Positions 1 to 8,880 of a DNA stretch of 64,000 nt are shown piece by piece; position 1 is the first letter of the stretch; each line of letters starts with the position of its first letter. The DNA lies in assembly GCA_963931105.1 (NCBI GenBank), contig OZ007004.1:622973-686972 (forward strand). Reading direction: 5' to 3'. The DNA comes from an uncultured Peptococcaceae bacterium (GTDB lineage: Bacteria; Bacillota; Peptococcia; Peptococcales; Peptococcaceae). Under the pieces are notes generated by a model. That model had not been told where the DNA came from and did not search any database. It worked only from the letters and a program-made list of their open reading frames with translations. The position numbers and the translations under genes were made by a program.

Positions 1-101
1 TTGAGATGCTGTTTTTTCACCTCTTCCTGCCAGCGCTGCTCGACGCCGTCAAGCGCACGTACGACGAACTGCTCGTTGTCTTCGTAAAATACCACGATCA
101 T
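1..101 (-). CDS. hypothetical protein, 5' part only (runs off window start); last visible gene of the pilus-like operon
   Basis: AAAGGAGGTG RBS at 107-116, followed by GTG(104)/ATG(101). Reads MIVVFYEDNEQFVVRALDGVEQRWQEE... No family recognised. Confidence 0.35.
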   Translation of the reverse strand, partial: MIVVFYEDNEQFVVRALDGVEQRWQEEVKKQHL

Positions 102-115
102 CACGGTCACCTCCT

Positions 116-754
116 TTATTCAAATTTCACGACCAGTGGGATCACGCGATACGCCGTCACCAGCGTATTCGCTTTCGTGTAGCCAGCAAGATGGATCTCA
201 ACGCTGTAGATATCATCAGCCAGAGAACAGCGTGCGCCGTCGCGCCCACGATAATAGATCCGAAATCCGCGCTCCTCGTTCAGCAGCCCCGCATTACTGC
301 TAAGATAAATTGCCAGCGGCTGGTCGGCGCCACTGTGCAGGCTGTCCTCCTGCCACCGATAAAGCACATGGTTGGGCAGCGGTCGTTCCTTCGGGCTTTC
401 CCGACTGAGATCGCTCGGGCTCGACCGCAGCGCGTAGCCAACGCGGCCCAGCGCACGCGCATTCCCTTCGTCCATCATCAGCAGCCGCAATTCATAAGAC
501 GTGCGGATCTCCGAAAGCGGCCGACTGTCGACGCGCTCAAAATAATCCACATCAATATCAACTGCGCTGCGCACATCGTGCTCCATAAAATCCAACGCCT
601 GCTCAAGCTGGTCAGCGATGACTTCTTCCTCAAATCCGCTGCGTGACCAGGTGATGCTGTTGGCGATCAAATGCGAAAGCAAACTGATCAGCAAGCCGCA
701 GATCAAAAGCACGACCAGCAATTCAATGAGCGTAAAAGCTGCGTGTTTTTTCAT
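116..754 (-). CDS. prepilin-type N-terminal cleavage/methylation domain protein (minor pseudopilin-like)
   Basis: N-terminus MKKHAAFTLIELLVVLLICGLLISLL is a class III signal plus hydrophobic pilin helix. Overlaps the upstream gene by 4 nt. Confidence 0.8.
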   Translation of the reverse strand: MKKHAAFTLIELLVVLLICGLLISLLSHLIANSITWSRSGFEEEVIADQLEQALDFMEHDVRSAVDIDVDYFERVDSRPLSEIRTSYELRLLMMDEGNARALGRVGYALRSSPSDLSRESPKERPLPNHVLYRWQEDSLHSGADQPLAIYLSSNAGLLNEERGFRIYYRGRDGARCSLADDIYSVEIHLAGYTKANTLVTAYRVIPLVVKFE

Positions 755-1068
755 GACGGCCCCTCCCGCACAAGAAAAACATGCGTCTCGTGCCAGCGCT
801 CGTGGGTCACGCGGAGCACGTAGACGTCATTTTGCAGCACCGTTTCGTAGCGCCAGCCGCCCTCGAGATGCCCGCTTCTTTCCTCTGGTGACGCTGCTTC
901 CAATTCTGCGAGCAGCGCTTCCACCTGCGGCACCAGCGCGGCATCGTCGGCATCTCGCGCTGAGAGAAGCCCCAATCCACCAACACCTCTCACCAGCGCC
1001 ACCAGGCAGAGTGCAATGATCGCCAGGCAGACGACCATCTCGATCAACGTCATCGCCCGGCGTCTCAT
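751..1068 (-). CDS. prepilin-type pseudopilin-like protein
   Basis: MRRRAMTLIEMVVCLAIIALCLV N-terminal pilin-like helix. Has 4-nt overlaps on both sides. Confidence 0.7.
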   Translation of the reverse strand: MRRRAMTLIEMVVCLAIIALCLVALVRGVGGLGLLSARDADDAALVPQVEALLAELEAASPEERSGHLEGGWRYETVLQNDVYVLRVTHERWHETHVFLVREGPS

Positions 1069-1526
1069 GACGCTACTCCCACGCGAATGCGGCCAAGATT
1101 GCTGACAACGAGCGTGCGCGCCTGTTCACCGCAGCGCACCGTCAGTGTGCATTTGTCATACGCCGTGCCGCGCGGCTCAAAAACGATCTGCCCAGTGAGA
1201 GAATTTGCCTGCAAACGCAAACGCTCACTGACCAGCGCTTTTGTCTGTGTCTGTTCGCCGTTCGCATCGCGCACCGTCAGACGATAGCCACCCTCGCAGC
1301 GAACGAAAGACGCTTTTTCGCCGCTGCGCTGTGCCTCAGCGCGCAGCCAGATGAGATCTTTTTCCAGAAGCCGCACCTGCTGCTCCACGAGCTGGCGGTC
1401 ATACAGCGCGCCCACGCGCGGCACTGTCACGACCAACAGCAAGCTCAAAATCCCCAGCACCACCACCAGCTCAATCAGCGTGAATGCGCGTCGACGTGCG
1501 CTCGGCGAAAAATTCTCCCTGTTCAT
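1065..1526 (-). CDS. prepilin-type pseudopilin (GspH-like)
   Basis: ...SARRRAFTLIELVVVLGILSLLLV motif. ATG at 1526 (MNRENF) preferred over 1538. Confidence 0.75.
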   Translation of the reverse strand: MNRENFSPSARRRAFTLIELVVVLGILSLLLVVTVPRVGALYDRQLVEQQVRLLEKDLIWLRAEAQRSGEKASFVRCEGGYRLTVRDANGEQTQTKALVSERLRLQANSLTGQIVFEPRGTAYDKCTLTVRCGEQARTLVVSNLGRIRVGVAS

Positions 1527-1854
1527 ACACTTCGTCACCCTTCTTTAATGCCACTGTCGCCACTCCATCGCCTGCTACCACTTTATATGCGTAGCCAGCC
1601 ACCGGACTTTCGATCTCGCTGGCGAGCACGCCTGCTTCAACAAGCGCGCTCTGCGTCGTCGCTCGTTCCTCCGGATAGCGCTGCGCAAACTGCTCCGTTG
1701 CCGTCAGGAGCATCGCCAGATCGGCTTCGATGCGCGTCTGCCGCGCATCTGTCAGAGTATCTCCAACGCGCACACCGACAACCATCGCCAAAATGCCGAT
1801 GATAACGAGCACAACGATCAACTCGATCAGCGAAAAACCTTTACGCCTTGCCAT
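1471..1854 (-). CDS. major pilin/pseudopilin (GspG/PilA/ComGC-like)
   Basis: MARRKGFSLIELIVVLVIIGILA is a canonical G-F cleavage site with Glu at +5. It is the first pilin gene after the platform gene. Confidence 0.85.
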   Translation of the reverse strand: MARRKGFSLIELIVVLVIIGILAMVVGVRVGDTLTDARQTRIEADLAMLLTATEQFAQRYPEERATTQSALVEAGVLASEIESPVAGYAYKVVAGDGVATVALKKGDEVYEQGEFFAERTSTRIHAD

Positions 1855-1866
1855 GGCTTCGCCTCC

Positions 1867-3078
1867 TTACTGCGAGAGCAACGCCTGATAAGAGCCCAGC
1901 ACCGGCAAAAACAGTCCCAGTGCCACAAAAAGCACGAACACGCCCAGAAGCATGATGGCCACAGGCTCAACAAGCCGGATCCACATCGACAGCTCTTCAA
2001 AGAGGATCGTCTCGCAGTATTCCGCCGAATCCGTCAGCGTCTGCGAAAGCTGACCATAGCGCTCGCCGCTCAGGAGCATCAGCCGCGCTGGCTCTGGCAC
2101 AAAGACCGCGTCGGCAAGGACCTGCGAAAGTTCTGCTCCCTGCGCCATATTTTCACGAACAGCCGCTACATCTGCCGCAAAAACGGTGCGCGAAAAATAA
2201 CGCTCCATCTCCTCCAGCGCATCGCCCACCGGCACGCTGGATTGCAGCATCTGACCGAAAAGCCGCGCAAAAGGCACATAGATCTGCAGCACAAAATATT
2301 TCCGCAAGAGCGGCACGCGGAGCACCAGCGCGCGCAAGATCCCACGCCCTGACGCATGCTCCTGTTTATTGCCAGTGCTCCCCAACAACAGCACGATCCC
2401 CGCAGCGAAAGCGAGCAGCAGCCATCCTCCGTACTGCGCCAGGCCGTCGTGCACGAGCAAAATGAAGCGCATCAACATCGGCACCTCAGTATTAAAATCC
2501 ATGAACTGACGCACCAGCACTGGGAGCACCACAAAGCTCAGCACCAACCCAACGAGCAGGAGCGTCACCAAAACGATCATCGGATACAGCAACTGCTGCT
2601 GAATACGTTTTTTCAGCCGTTCCTGATTTTCGAGATGCCGACAGATCTCCTGTAGCACCTGCGCCAGCTGTCCTTGCCGCTCACCGATCGCGATCCATTG
2701 GCAGAGCAGCAGCGGCACACTTTTTTCACGGCGCAGCGCTTCAGAAAAAGCCAGACCTGCATGCATCCCGCTTTCAATCCTGGAAACGAATGCACGCTGT
2801 CGCTCGCTCATTTGTCCACGATGCATGTGCGCCAGCGCTTCTGACAGCTGCACGCCGCTGGATTGCGCCATCGCCAGCTGGCGCAGAAAAATCGCCAGCT
2901 GACGTTTGCTCAACCCGCGCGCAGAAAAAGCAGCCGGCCGCCGCAGCCCAAACAACCGGATCGGATAGATGCCACATTCAGCGAGCAGGGTGCAACAATC
3001 CGCTGCGCTTTCTGCCTGCTGCCAGTGCACCCGTCCACGGCCGCTGCTGTCAATATAATGGTAGACAAAGGTTGTCAT
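1867..3078 (-). CDS. type II secretion system F family / type IV pilus platform protein (GspF/PilC)
   Basis: 403 aa with duplicated T2SSF-like halves and 3 TM segments. Sits between the ATPase and the pilin genes. Confidence 0.9.
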   Translation of the reverse strand: MTTFVYHYIDSSGRGRVHWQQAESAADCCTLLAECGIYPIRLFGLRRPAAFSARGLSKRQLAIFLRQLAMAQSSGVQLSEALAHMHRGQMSERQRAFVSRIESGMHAGLAFSEALRREKSVPLLLCQWIAIGERQGQLAQVLQEICRHLENQERLKKRIQQQLLYPMIVLVTLLLVGLVLSFVVLPVLVRQFMDFNTEVPMLMRFILLVHDGLAQYGGWLLLAFAAGIVLLLGSTGNKQEHASGRGILRALVLRVPLLRKYFVLQIYVPFARLFGQMLQSSVPVGDALEEMERYFSRTVFAADVAAVRENMAQGAELSQVLADAVFVPEPARLMLLSGERYGQLSQTLTDSAEYCETILFEELSMWIRLVEPVAIMLLGVFVLFVALGLFLPVLGSYQALLSQ

Positions 3079-3093
3079 CGCGTCGCCCTCCTT

Positions 3094-4599
3094 TTACAGC
3101 ACCAGTCCCTTCGCCTGAGCATCGTCACCGACGGTACGAAATCCCTGCGCCTGCGCTTGCTTGCGCAGAGCAAACCCGCTTTCGCCAGCGGCAACGCGCA
3201 CGCGCTCCGCTTCGCTGAGATGCCACAATTCCTGCACCCCTGTGCGACCGTCACGTCCGCTGCCCAGACAACGCCGACAGACACTACCATCCGCCGCAAC
3301 GCCGCTGCCGCCGCAATCTGTGCACAGCTGCGGGAGAAGCCGCTGATTCACCACCGCCGTCAGAACCGCGCCCAGCAAAAGATCGCTGAGTCCGAGATCG
3401 CGCAAGCGATCCACCGCTTCCTGCGCATTGTCCGCATGCAGCGTTGCGATCACAAGCTGACCACTCAACGCCGCACGCGCAGCAATATCCACCGTTTCAG
3501 CATCGCGCAATTCGCCCACCGCGATCACGTCCGGATCGCTGCGCAGCATACCGCGCAGCCCTGCTGCAAAAGAAAAACCACTGAGCGCGTTCACCTGCAT
3601 CTGCTGCACTTCCGGCAGCACCGCTTCGATCGGATCCTCGATCGTGTAGACCAGTTGTCCCTGCGCTGCCAGTTGCTTCAAGCAGGCATAGAGCGTCGTC
3701 GTCTTTCCGCTGTTCGTTGGCCCGGTGATCACTACCATCCCGCGCGCCTTTTCCAGCAGTGTCAGCAACGCCGACTGATTTTCTTCCGTAAAACCGAGCG
3801 CCGCCAGCGAACTGCGCCGCTGCAGCTCCGGCAAAATACGCAGCACGATTTTTTCACCGTTGAGCAGCGGCAGCGTTCCCAGGCGCAAATTGTAATCGGC
3901 GTCCCGGCAACGAAGGAGAATATGCCCATCCTGTGGAAGGCGATGCTCCGCAACGTCCACTTCCGCCAGGAGCTTCAGCTTGTTGACGATCCCATCGGCC
4001 ACCGCCGACGGCAGCTCCGCATACGTTTCAATCCGACCGTCCAAACGAAAATCGACGCGAAAACAATCGTCCGTTCGCAAAAAATGAACGTCCGTCGCTT
4101 CCGCATCAATCGCATCATCAAGGATCCTGCCAATGAGCCCGTCTACATGACCAGGCTCTGCGCGCAGCAGCTCTTCCACCGCATGCCGACGCCGCGCAAC
4201 ATGCTGCACAGTATCTGCGATCATCCCGCACAACAATGCAGAATGAATGCGCACGGCATCACTCAAAAAAAGCGGTGCATCTCCATACACCGCCTCAAAG
4301 GCGTGACGCTCTGCTGTATTCGGCGGACGCAGACAGACATAGCGCCCATCGCCCTGCAGTTGATACACTGCCCAGTCTGCACACTGAACAAGCGTCGCCT
4401 GCAAACGCGCATTTCTTTCCAAATATATATAAGGAAGGCCAAAAAATCTGGTCAGCAATGGCTGGGCATCGTCGGCTTTCACCTGCTGGCGCTCCAGCCA
4501 TTCGCCCAGCACATCGTTATCAGACCACGCCGCGTCACGATCCGCCAGGCCGGCATCTGCAAACAGCTGCACCAAATAACCACTGAGCAATCCCATCAT
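3094..4599 (-). CDS. GspE/PilB family secretion ATPase
   Basis: Walker A GPTNSGKTTTLYA, Asp/His boxes, and a C-terminal tetracysteine CTDCGGSG...CRRCLGSG. GAAGGAGGG RBS lies before ATG 4599. Confidence 0.92.
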   Translation of the reverse strand: MMGLLSGYLVQLFADAGLADRDAAWSDNDVLGEWLERQQVKADDAQPLLTRFFGLPYIYLERNARLQATLVQCADWAVYQLQGDGRYVCLRPPNTAERHAFEAVYGDAPLFLSDAVRIHSALLCGMIADTVQHVARRRHAVEELLRAEPGHVDGLIGRILDDAIDAEATDVHFLRTDDCFRVDFRLDGRIETYAELPSAVADGIVNKLKLLAEVDVAEHRLPQDGHILLRCRDADYNLRLGTLPLLNGEKIVLRILPELQRRSSLAALGFTEENQSALLTLLEKARGMVVITGPTNSGKTTTLYACLKQLAAQGQLVYTIEDPIEAVLPEVQQMQVNALSGFSFAAGLRGMLRSDPDVIAVGELRDAETVDIAARAALSGQLVIATLHADNAQEAVDRLRDLGLSDLLLGAVLTAVVNQRLLPQLCTDCGGSGVAADGSVCRRCLGSGRDGRTGVQELWHLSEAERVRVAAGESGFALRKQAQAQGFRTVGDDAQAKGLVL

Positions 4600-4744
4600 G
4601 AAGCCCTCCTTCAGCACGAATATTTTTCATTCGCAATTATCCATTGTGGATTTTATACAAATTATGATATCAGTATATGGTTCAGAATTCAATATATGTT
4701 TTGAAAAATCTCCACTATGACACATCTTTTTCTGTAACCACAAG

Positions 4745-4780
4745 AAAAAAGTCTCTCCCGCTGCTTGCTGGGAAAGACTT
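4745..4780 (-). terminator. rho-independent terminator after the SufC/SufBD-like pair
   Basis: AAGUCUUUCCC-loop-GGGAGAGACUU followed by a U-run on the minus strand. Confidence 0.7.
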
Positions 4781-4798
4781 TATGGTTCTTATCTAGGA

Positions 4799-5719
4799 TC
4801 ATTTCAGGAAGCCGTTGATGATCTGCTCCTCTGCTTCCTGCTCGGTGAGGCCGAGGGTCATGAGCTTGATAAGCTGCTCGCCGGCGATCTTGCCGATGGC
4901 GGCTTCGTGGATCAGGCTGGCGTCGATGCAGTTGGCCGAGAGCTGCGGCGAGGCGATGACGTGGGCGTCGTCCATGATGATGGCGTCGCATTCGGTGTGG
5001 CCGTAGCAGGCGGCGTTGCCGTTGATGCGGCTGACAAAATCCTGCACGGAGCGATCCTTGGCAACGCTGCGGCTGACAACGTTGGCGCTGCAATTTTGGC
5101 CGTTGAGGTCCACTTCAAAATTGGTCTTGGCGACCTGGTCGCCGGTGGTGAGGATTTTTTCGTGGATGACGAGGGTGGCGCCGTCGGCGAGATCACCGGA
5201 GGTTTCGCGAATGGTGTCGTCGATGCCTTCAATCTGGGTGGTTTCCATCTCAAGCTCGGCGCCTTCGGCGAGATGGAGGATGGTGGTTGGGTTCATGATC
5301 TGCTTGCCGCGGCCGTCGCCTTCGCCGAAATGTTTTTCGATGTATTTGACCTTGGAATTTTTGCCGACGTAGAAGGTGTGGATGCCGTCGTGCTGGCTGT
5401 CGCCGCCGCCGCCGCAGTTGTGGATGCCGCAGCCGGCGACGATGGTGATGTCGCAGTTTTCGCCGATGTAGAAATCGTTGTAGACGAGATCCTTGAGGCC
5501 GCTCTGCTGCATGATGACTGGGATGTGCATGGATTCGTTGACGGTGCCATCCTTAACATGGATCTCGATGCCCTGGCGTTCTTTCTGGGGAACGATCTCG
5601 ATATTGGCGGTGGAGCGGCGACCGGCTGCCTGGCCGTCGGCGCGGATGTTGTAGGCGCCGACGGGGAGGGCGTCGAGGTCGGCGACTTCCTTTAATAAGC
5701 GTTTCTGAATTTCATCCAT
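4799..5719 (-). CDS. SufB/SufD family Fe-S assembly-like protein
   Basis: C-terminal ...SPQLSANCIDASLIHEAAIGKIAGEQLIKLMTLGLTEQEAEEQIINGF matches the SufBD family signature region. Confidence 0.8.
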   Translation of the reverse strand: MDEIQKRLLKEVADLDALPVGAYNIRADGQAAGRRSTANIEIVPQKERQGIEIHVKDGTVNESMHIPVIMQQSGLKDLVYNDFYIGENCDITIVAGCGIHNCGGGGDSQHDGIHTFYVGKNSKVKYIEKHFGEGDGRGKQIMNPTTILHLAEGAELEMETTQIEGIDDTIRETSGDLADGATLVIHEKILTTGDQVAKTNFEVDLNGQNCSANVVSRSVAKDRSVQDFVSRINGNAACYGHTECDAIIMDDAHVIASPQLSANCIDASLIHEAAIGKIAGEQLIKLMTLGLTEQEAEEQIINGFLK

Positions 5720-5734
5720 TGTTGTGGTCCTCCT

Positions 5735-6448
5735 TTACTTGGCGAGCTTGTCCATGATCTTGGTGCAGCCGCTGCCGATGATGTATGGCATGACGTCGTC
5801 GGGCTTGCCATCGCGCACGACTTTGCCGTCCTGCATCATGATGATGCGGTCGGCGATGTTGAGGATGCGCTCCTGGTGGCTGATGATGAGGATCTTGCCG
5901 TTGGTTTTTTCGTTCATTTTTTCAAACACCTGGATGAGGCTCTGGAAGCTCCAGAGGTCGATGCCGGCTTCTGGCTCGTCGAAGAGGGAGAGCGCGGTGC
6001 TGCGGGCGAGCATCATGGCGATCTCGATGCGTTTCATTTCGCCGCCGGAAAGGCTGTCGTTGAGCTCGCGGTCGATATAATCACGGGCGCAGAGGCCGAC
6101 CTCGCTGAGATAATCGCAGGCTTCGCTGAGGCTGGTGCCTTTGCCGCTGGCGAGGGTGAGCAGGTCGATGACCTTCAGGCCCTTAAACGCAACTGGCTTC
6201 TGGAACGCATAGCTGATGCCGAGATTGGCGCGATCGGTGATGGACCAGTCGGTGATATCCTGACCGTTGAAATAGATGCGGCCGCTGTTGGGCTGGATGA
6301 TGCCGCAGATGACTTTCATGAGGGTGCTTTTGCCGCTGCCATTGGGACCGGTGATGGCGACAAAGGGTTCGTCGATCTCGAGATTGACATCGACGAGAAT
6401 ATCTGGGCGATCAGGCACGCCGTAAGAAATATGTTCTAGCTTTAACAT
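5735..6448 (-). CDS. ABC ATPase, SufC-like
   Basis: Walker A GPNGSGKST, signature LSGGEMKR, Walker B LSLFDEPEAG. GGAGGAG RBS lies before ATG 6448 (MLKLEHISYG). The track ORF carries a spurious 5' extension. Confidence 0.88.
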   Translation of the reverse strand: MLKLEHISYGVPDRPDILVDVNLEIDEPFVAITGPNGSGKSTLMKVICGIIQPNSGRIYFNGQDITDWSITDRANLGISYAFQKPVAFKGLKVIDLLTLASGKGTSLSEACDYLSEVGLCARDYIDRELNDSLSGGEMKRIEIAMMLARSTALSLFDEPEAGIDLWSFQSLIQVFEKMNEKTNGKILIISHQERILNIADRIIMMQDGKVVRDGKPDDVMPYIIGSGCTKIMDKLAK

Positions 6449-6529
6449 GGTAACTCCTCCATTTTTGTCGATTGATGATGAGCGCGGCTTTGGCTGCTGG
6501 CTGGTATTGGTCGAGGGCGCTGCGCCCAA

Positions 6530-6970
6530 TCAATATTGGTCGAGGGCTTCCTCAAAAGCTTCGAGCATCTGGAGCATGGCCTTGGCGCTCTCTGGCGGCA
6601 GGGCGCGGGCGGCAGCGATGACTTTTCGCAGCCGGCAGTCCCGCCAGGCATAATAATTGGTGAGGATTTCCTGCCCTTTTTCTGTCAGCCTGATGGCGAC
6701 TGTGCCACAGCCATCGCGAGCAGGGGCACGCTCGATCAGGGCTTTCTTTTCGAGCTTGGCGAGGGTCTGCGAGACAGCGCCTTTGGTGATCCCGAGCGCG
6801 CTTGCGATCTGTGAACAGGTGACGAGCTGGGTGTGGGCAACAACGTCCAGCACCTGCGCTTCAGAGCCGCAGACGGTTTCGGCGGTGCCAAAGGTTTTGG
6901 GCTGCTTGGTTTTGGCATTGTATTTGTTGATCAGGCGGTAGGCAGTGATGTAAACATCCATCCGTTCCAT
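6530..6970 (-). CDS. MarR family transcriptional regulator
   Basis: Winged-helix region ...LVTCSQIASALGITKGAVSQTLAKLEKKALIER... RBS AAGAGGTG lies before ATG 6970. Confidence 0.85.
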   Translation of the reverse strand: MERMDVYITAYRLINKYNAKTKQPKTFGTAETVCGSEAQVLDVVAHTQLVTCSQIASALGITKGAVSQTLAKLEKKALIERAPARDGCGTVAIRLTEKGQEILTNYYAWRDCRLRKVIAAARALPPESAKAMLQMLEAFEEALDQY

Positions 6971-7177
6971 GGGCAACACCTCTTTGTGAACGATTCGCTG
7001 TTTAGCAGCTAAATCGCCCTTGCTAATTATTATTATACTGATACGCAGGGGAATGGAAAGACCTTTTTCCTCTTTTTTCATCAACGGTGTTTATTGATTG
7101 TAAAATCACAGCCAGCGGCGCACAAAAAAGCGCCAGCCTCCTGCCGCAGCAGAATGCCAGCGCTTCAGCTCTAAAAC

Positions 7178-7486
7178 TCAGTCAAGCAGGGCAAGAATGT
7201 CGGCCTTTGGCTGGACGCCAACGGACTGGTTGACGATCTTCCCGTCCTTGACAGCAACGAGGGTTGGGATGCTCATCACACGGAACGCGGTGGCCAGCTC
7301 GGTCTGTTCATCAACGTTGATCTTGCCGACCTTGATGTCTGCGCGTTCTTCAGCGATCTGCTCAACGATTGGACCAACCATGCGGCAAGGACCGCACCAA
7401 GCTGCCCAGAAATCGAGGAGCACAGGTTTTTCACTTTTGATAACTTCCTCTTCGAAATTTTCTTTGGTAATGGTAATGACTGCCAT
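7178..7486 (-). CDS. trxA: thioredoxin
   Basis: WCGPC active site, ~102 aa. GAAGGAGG RBS lies before ATG 7486. Confidence 0.95.
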   Translation of the reverse strand: MAVITITKENFEEEVIKSEKPVLLDFWAAWCGPCRMVGPIVEQIAEERADIKVGKINVDEQTELATAFRVMSIPTLVAVKDGKIVNQSVGVQPKADILALLD

Positions 7487-7577
7487 GTGTTCATTTTCCT
7501 CCTTCAGGATACGTTGCCTATAGTATAACATACTTCACGCGGTTTGAAATCCCCAAATCACTGCAAACTGTGAGATT

Positions 7578-7892
7578 TTATCGATGACCGGCATCCTCCG
7601 CGTAACGCAGCGCCTCGAGCTCGCTCATGAAAAGATCGTAGTAGTCGTCTTCACCGTCGAGCACCGGTGAATTTTCGCCACCGCCATTGGTGGCACGGCG
7701 CATGGTGGCGTAGTCGGCTTCGCCGGCAAAGGCGAGCTCCGCGATGCTCAGCGGATAGCCGAGATCGCTGGCGGCGCGGCAGAATACCTCTGCAGCATTA
7801 TCCGCTTCGCGGCTGGCGAGGAGCCTGTCGCGCACAGCCGGATCCTTCTGTGCGAGATGGCGCAGCGCCGTGAGGGTATCTTGCAGATCCAT
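7578..7892 (-). CDS. Nif11-like N-terminal domain protein (function unknown)
   Basis: LTALRHLAQKDPAVRDRLLAS...AAEVFCRAASDLGYPLSIAEL follows the Nif11 leader-domain pattern. It is followed by NGGG and an acidic tail. Confidence 0.55.
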   Translation of the reverse strand: MDLQDTLTALRHLAQKDPAVRDRLLASREADNAAEVFCRAASDLGYPLSIAELAFAGEADYATMRRATNGGGENSPVLDGEDDYYDLFMSELEALRYAEDAGHR

Positions 7893-7913
7893 GGATCGTC
7901 GCCTCGCTTTCTC

Positions 7914-8135
7914 TTACATCAGCAGATCGAGAATGTTCATGCCAAGACCGGTGTCGCTCTTGTAAAGCTCGGTGTAGCCGCAGTCTTCGCAAGTGATGGT
8001 GACAAAGCGCTTGTTCTGCACCTCGAACACCTTCGCAAAGCCGCCGCCTGTGGCCTGAAACTGGTCGCTTTCATAGCGGGTGCAGCCGCATTTTGGGCAG
8101 ACGTATTGACGTTTTTCAAAATCTCTTTTTGCCAT
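7914..8135 (-). CDS. zinc-ribbon domain protein
   Basis: Two CxxC pairs (CPKCG ... CEDCG) in 73 aa. Confidence 0.7.
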   Translation of the reverse strand: MAKRDFEKRQYVCPKCGCTRYESDQFQATGGGFAKVFEVQNKRFVTITCEDCGYTELYKSDTGLGMNILDLLM

Positions 8136-8148
8136 TGTTCTCTTCCTT

Positions 8149-8880
8149 TCAAAGTTGTGGATTGTTGTTCAGATAGCTCCGCACCGCCGCCAGATCCTCC
8201 GGCGTATCGATCTCCGCCAGTAGCCGCCCGGCGTAGGAAAACGGCGCCAGCTGCATCTTGCAGAGCACCGGCGCAGCCGCCGTTTCGGCGTAGATCTGCG
8301 TTTCGCCGCGGCCGGTGGCAGCATGCACCGCATCCAGCCAGAGATCCAGCGCCTGCGCGCTGAGCTTATAGAACGGCATAAAATTCACGCAATCTTCGCC
8401 GCAAAGGTCCACACCGATGGCAGCGATGGTTCCGTTCTCAATGCGCGCCTTGAAATCCTTCTCATTCAGCGGCGGCGTCGCATCCACCGCCGCCAGATCC
8501 GTCGCTTTCACCGCGAGCACGTCGCGTATCCAGCCTTCATCGAAGACAAGATCGCCGTGCAGCATCAAAAGCGCCTCGCCGCGCACATAGCCCGCCGCGC
8601 GCTCCAGAGAGACGATGGCGTTCGTCTTCTGGTAATCCGGATTGTGGACAAAGTGAAAGCGCATGCCCTGGGCAGCAAAGGGTGCTGTCGCCGCTTCAAT
8701 CTGCTCCGCCAAGTAGCCCGTCGAGATGACGACATCACCCACGCCAGCCTTTCCCAGCAAACGCAGCTGCCGCGAAAGCAGCGTCTCGCCGTTCGCCAAC
8801 GGCACCAGCGCCTTCGGCTGCGCAGCAGTGAGCGCGCCCAGTCGCGAGCCGCGGCCGGAGTTAAAGATGAACGCCCGCAT
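8149..8880 (-). CDS. NTP-transferase family protein (LicC/phosphocholine-cytidylyltransferase-like)
   Basis: N-terminal IFNSGRGSRLGALTAAQPKALVPL nucleotidyltransferase loop. ATGA overlap with the upstream ADH stop. Confidence 0.8.
   Translation of the reverse strand: MRAFIFNSGRGSRLGALTAAQPKALVPLANGETLLSRQLRLLGKAGVGDVVISTGYLAEQIEAATAPFAAQGMRFHFVHNPDYQKTNAIVSLERAAGYVRGEALLMLHGDLVFDEGWIRDVLAVKATDLAAVDATPPLNEKDFKARIENGTIAAIGVDLCGEDCVNFMPFYKLSAQALDLWLDAVHAATGRGETQIYAETAAAPVLCKMQLAPFSYAGRLLAEIDTPEDLAAVRSYLNNNPQL

Noticed and set aside
2863-4704. 613-aa plus-strand ORF
   Set aside because: It is antisense to the well-supported GspE/GspF genes. Its composition is R/Q/H/A-rich and low in complexity. 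This is a typical shadow ORF of high-GC DNA.
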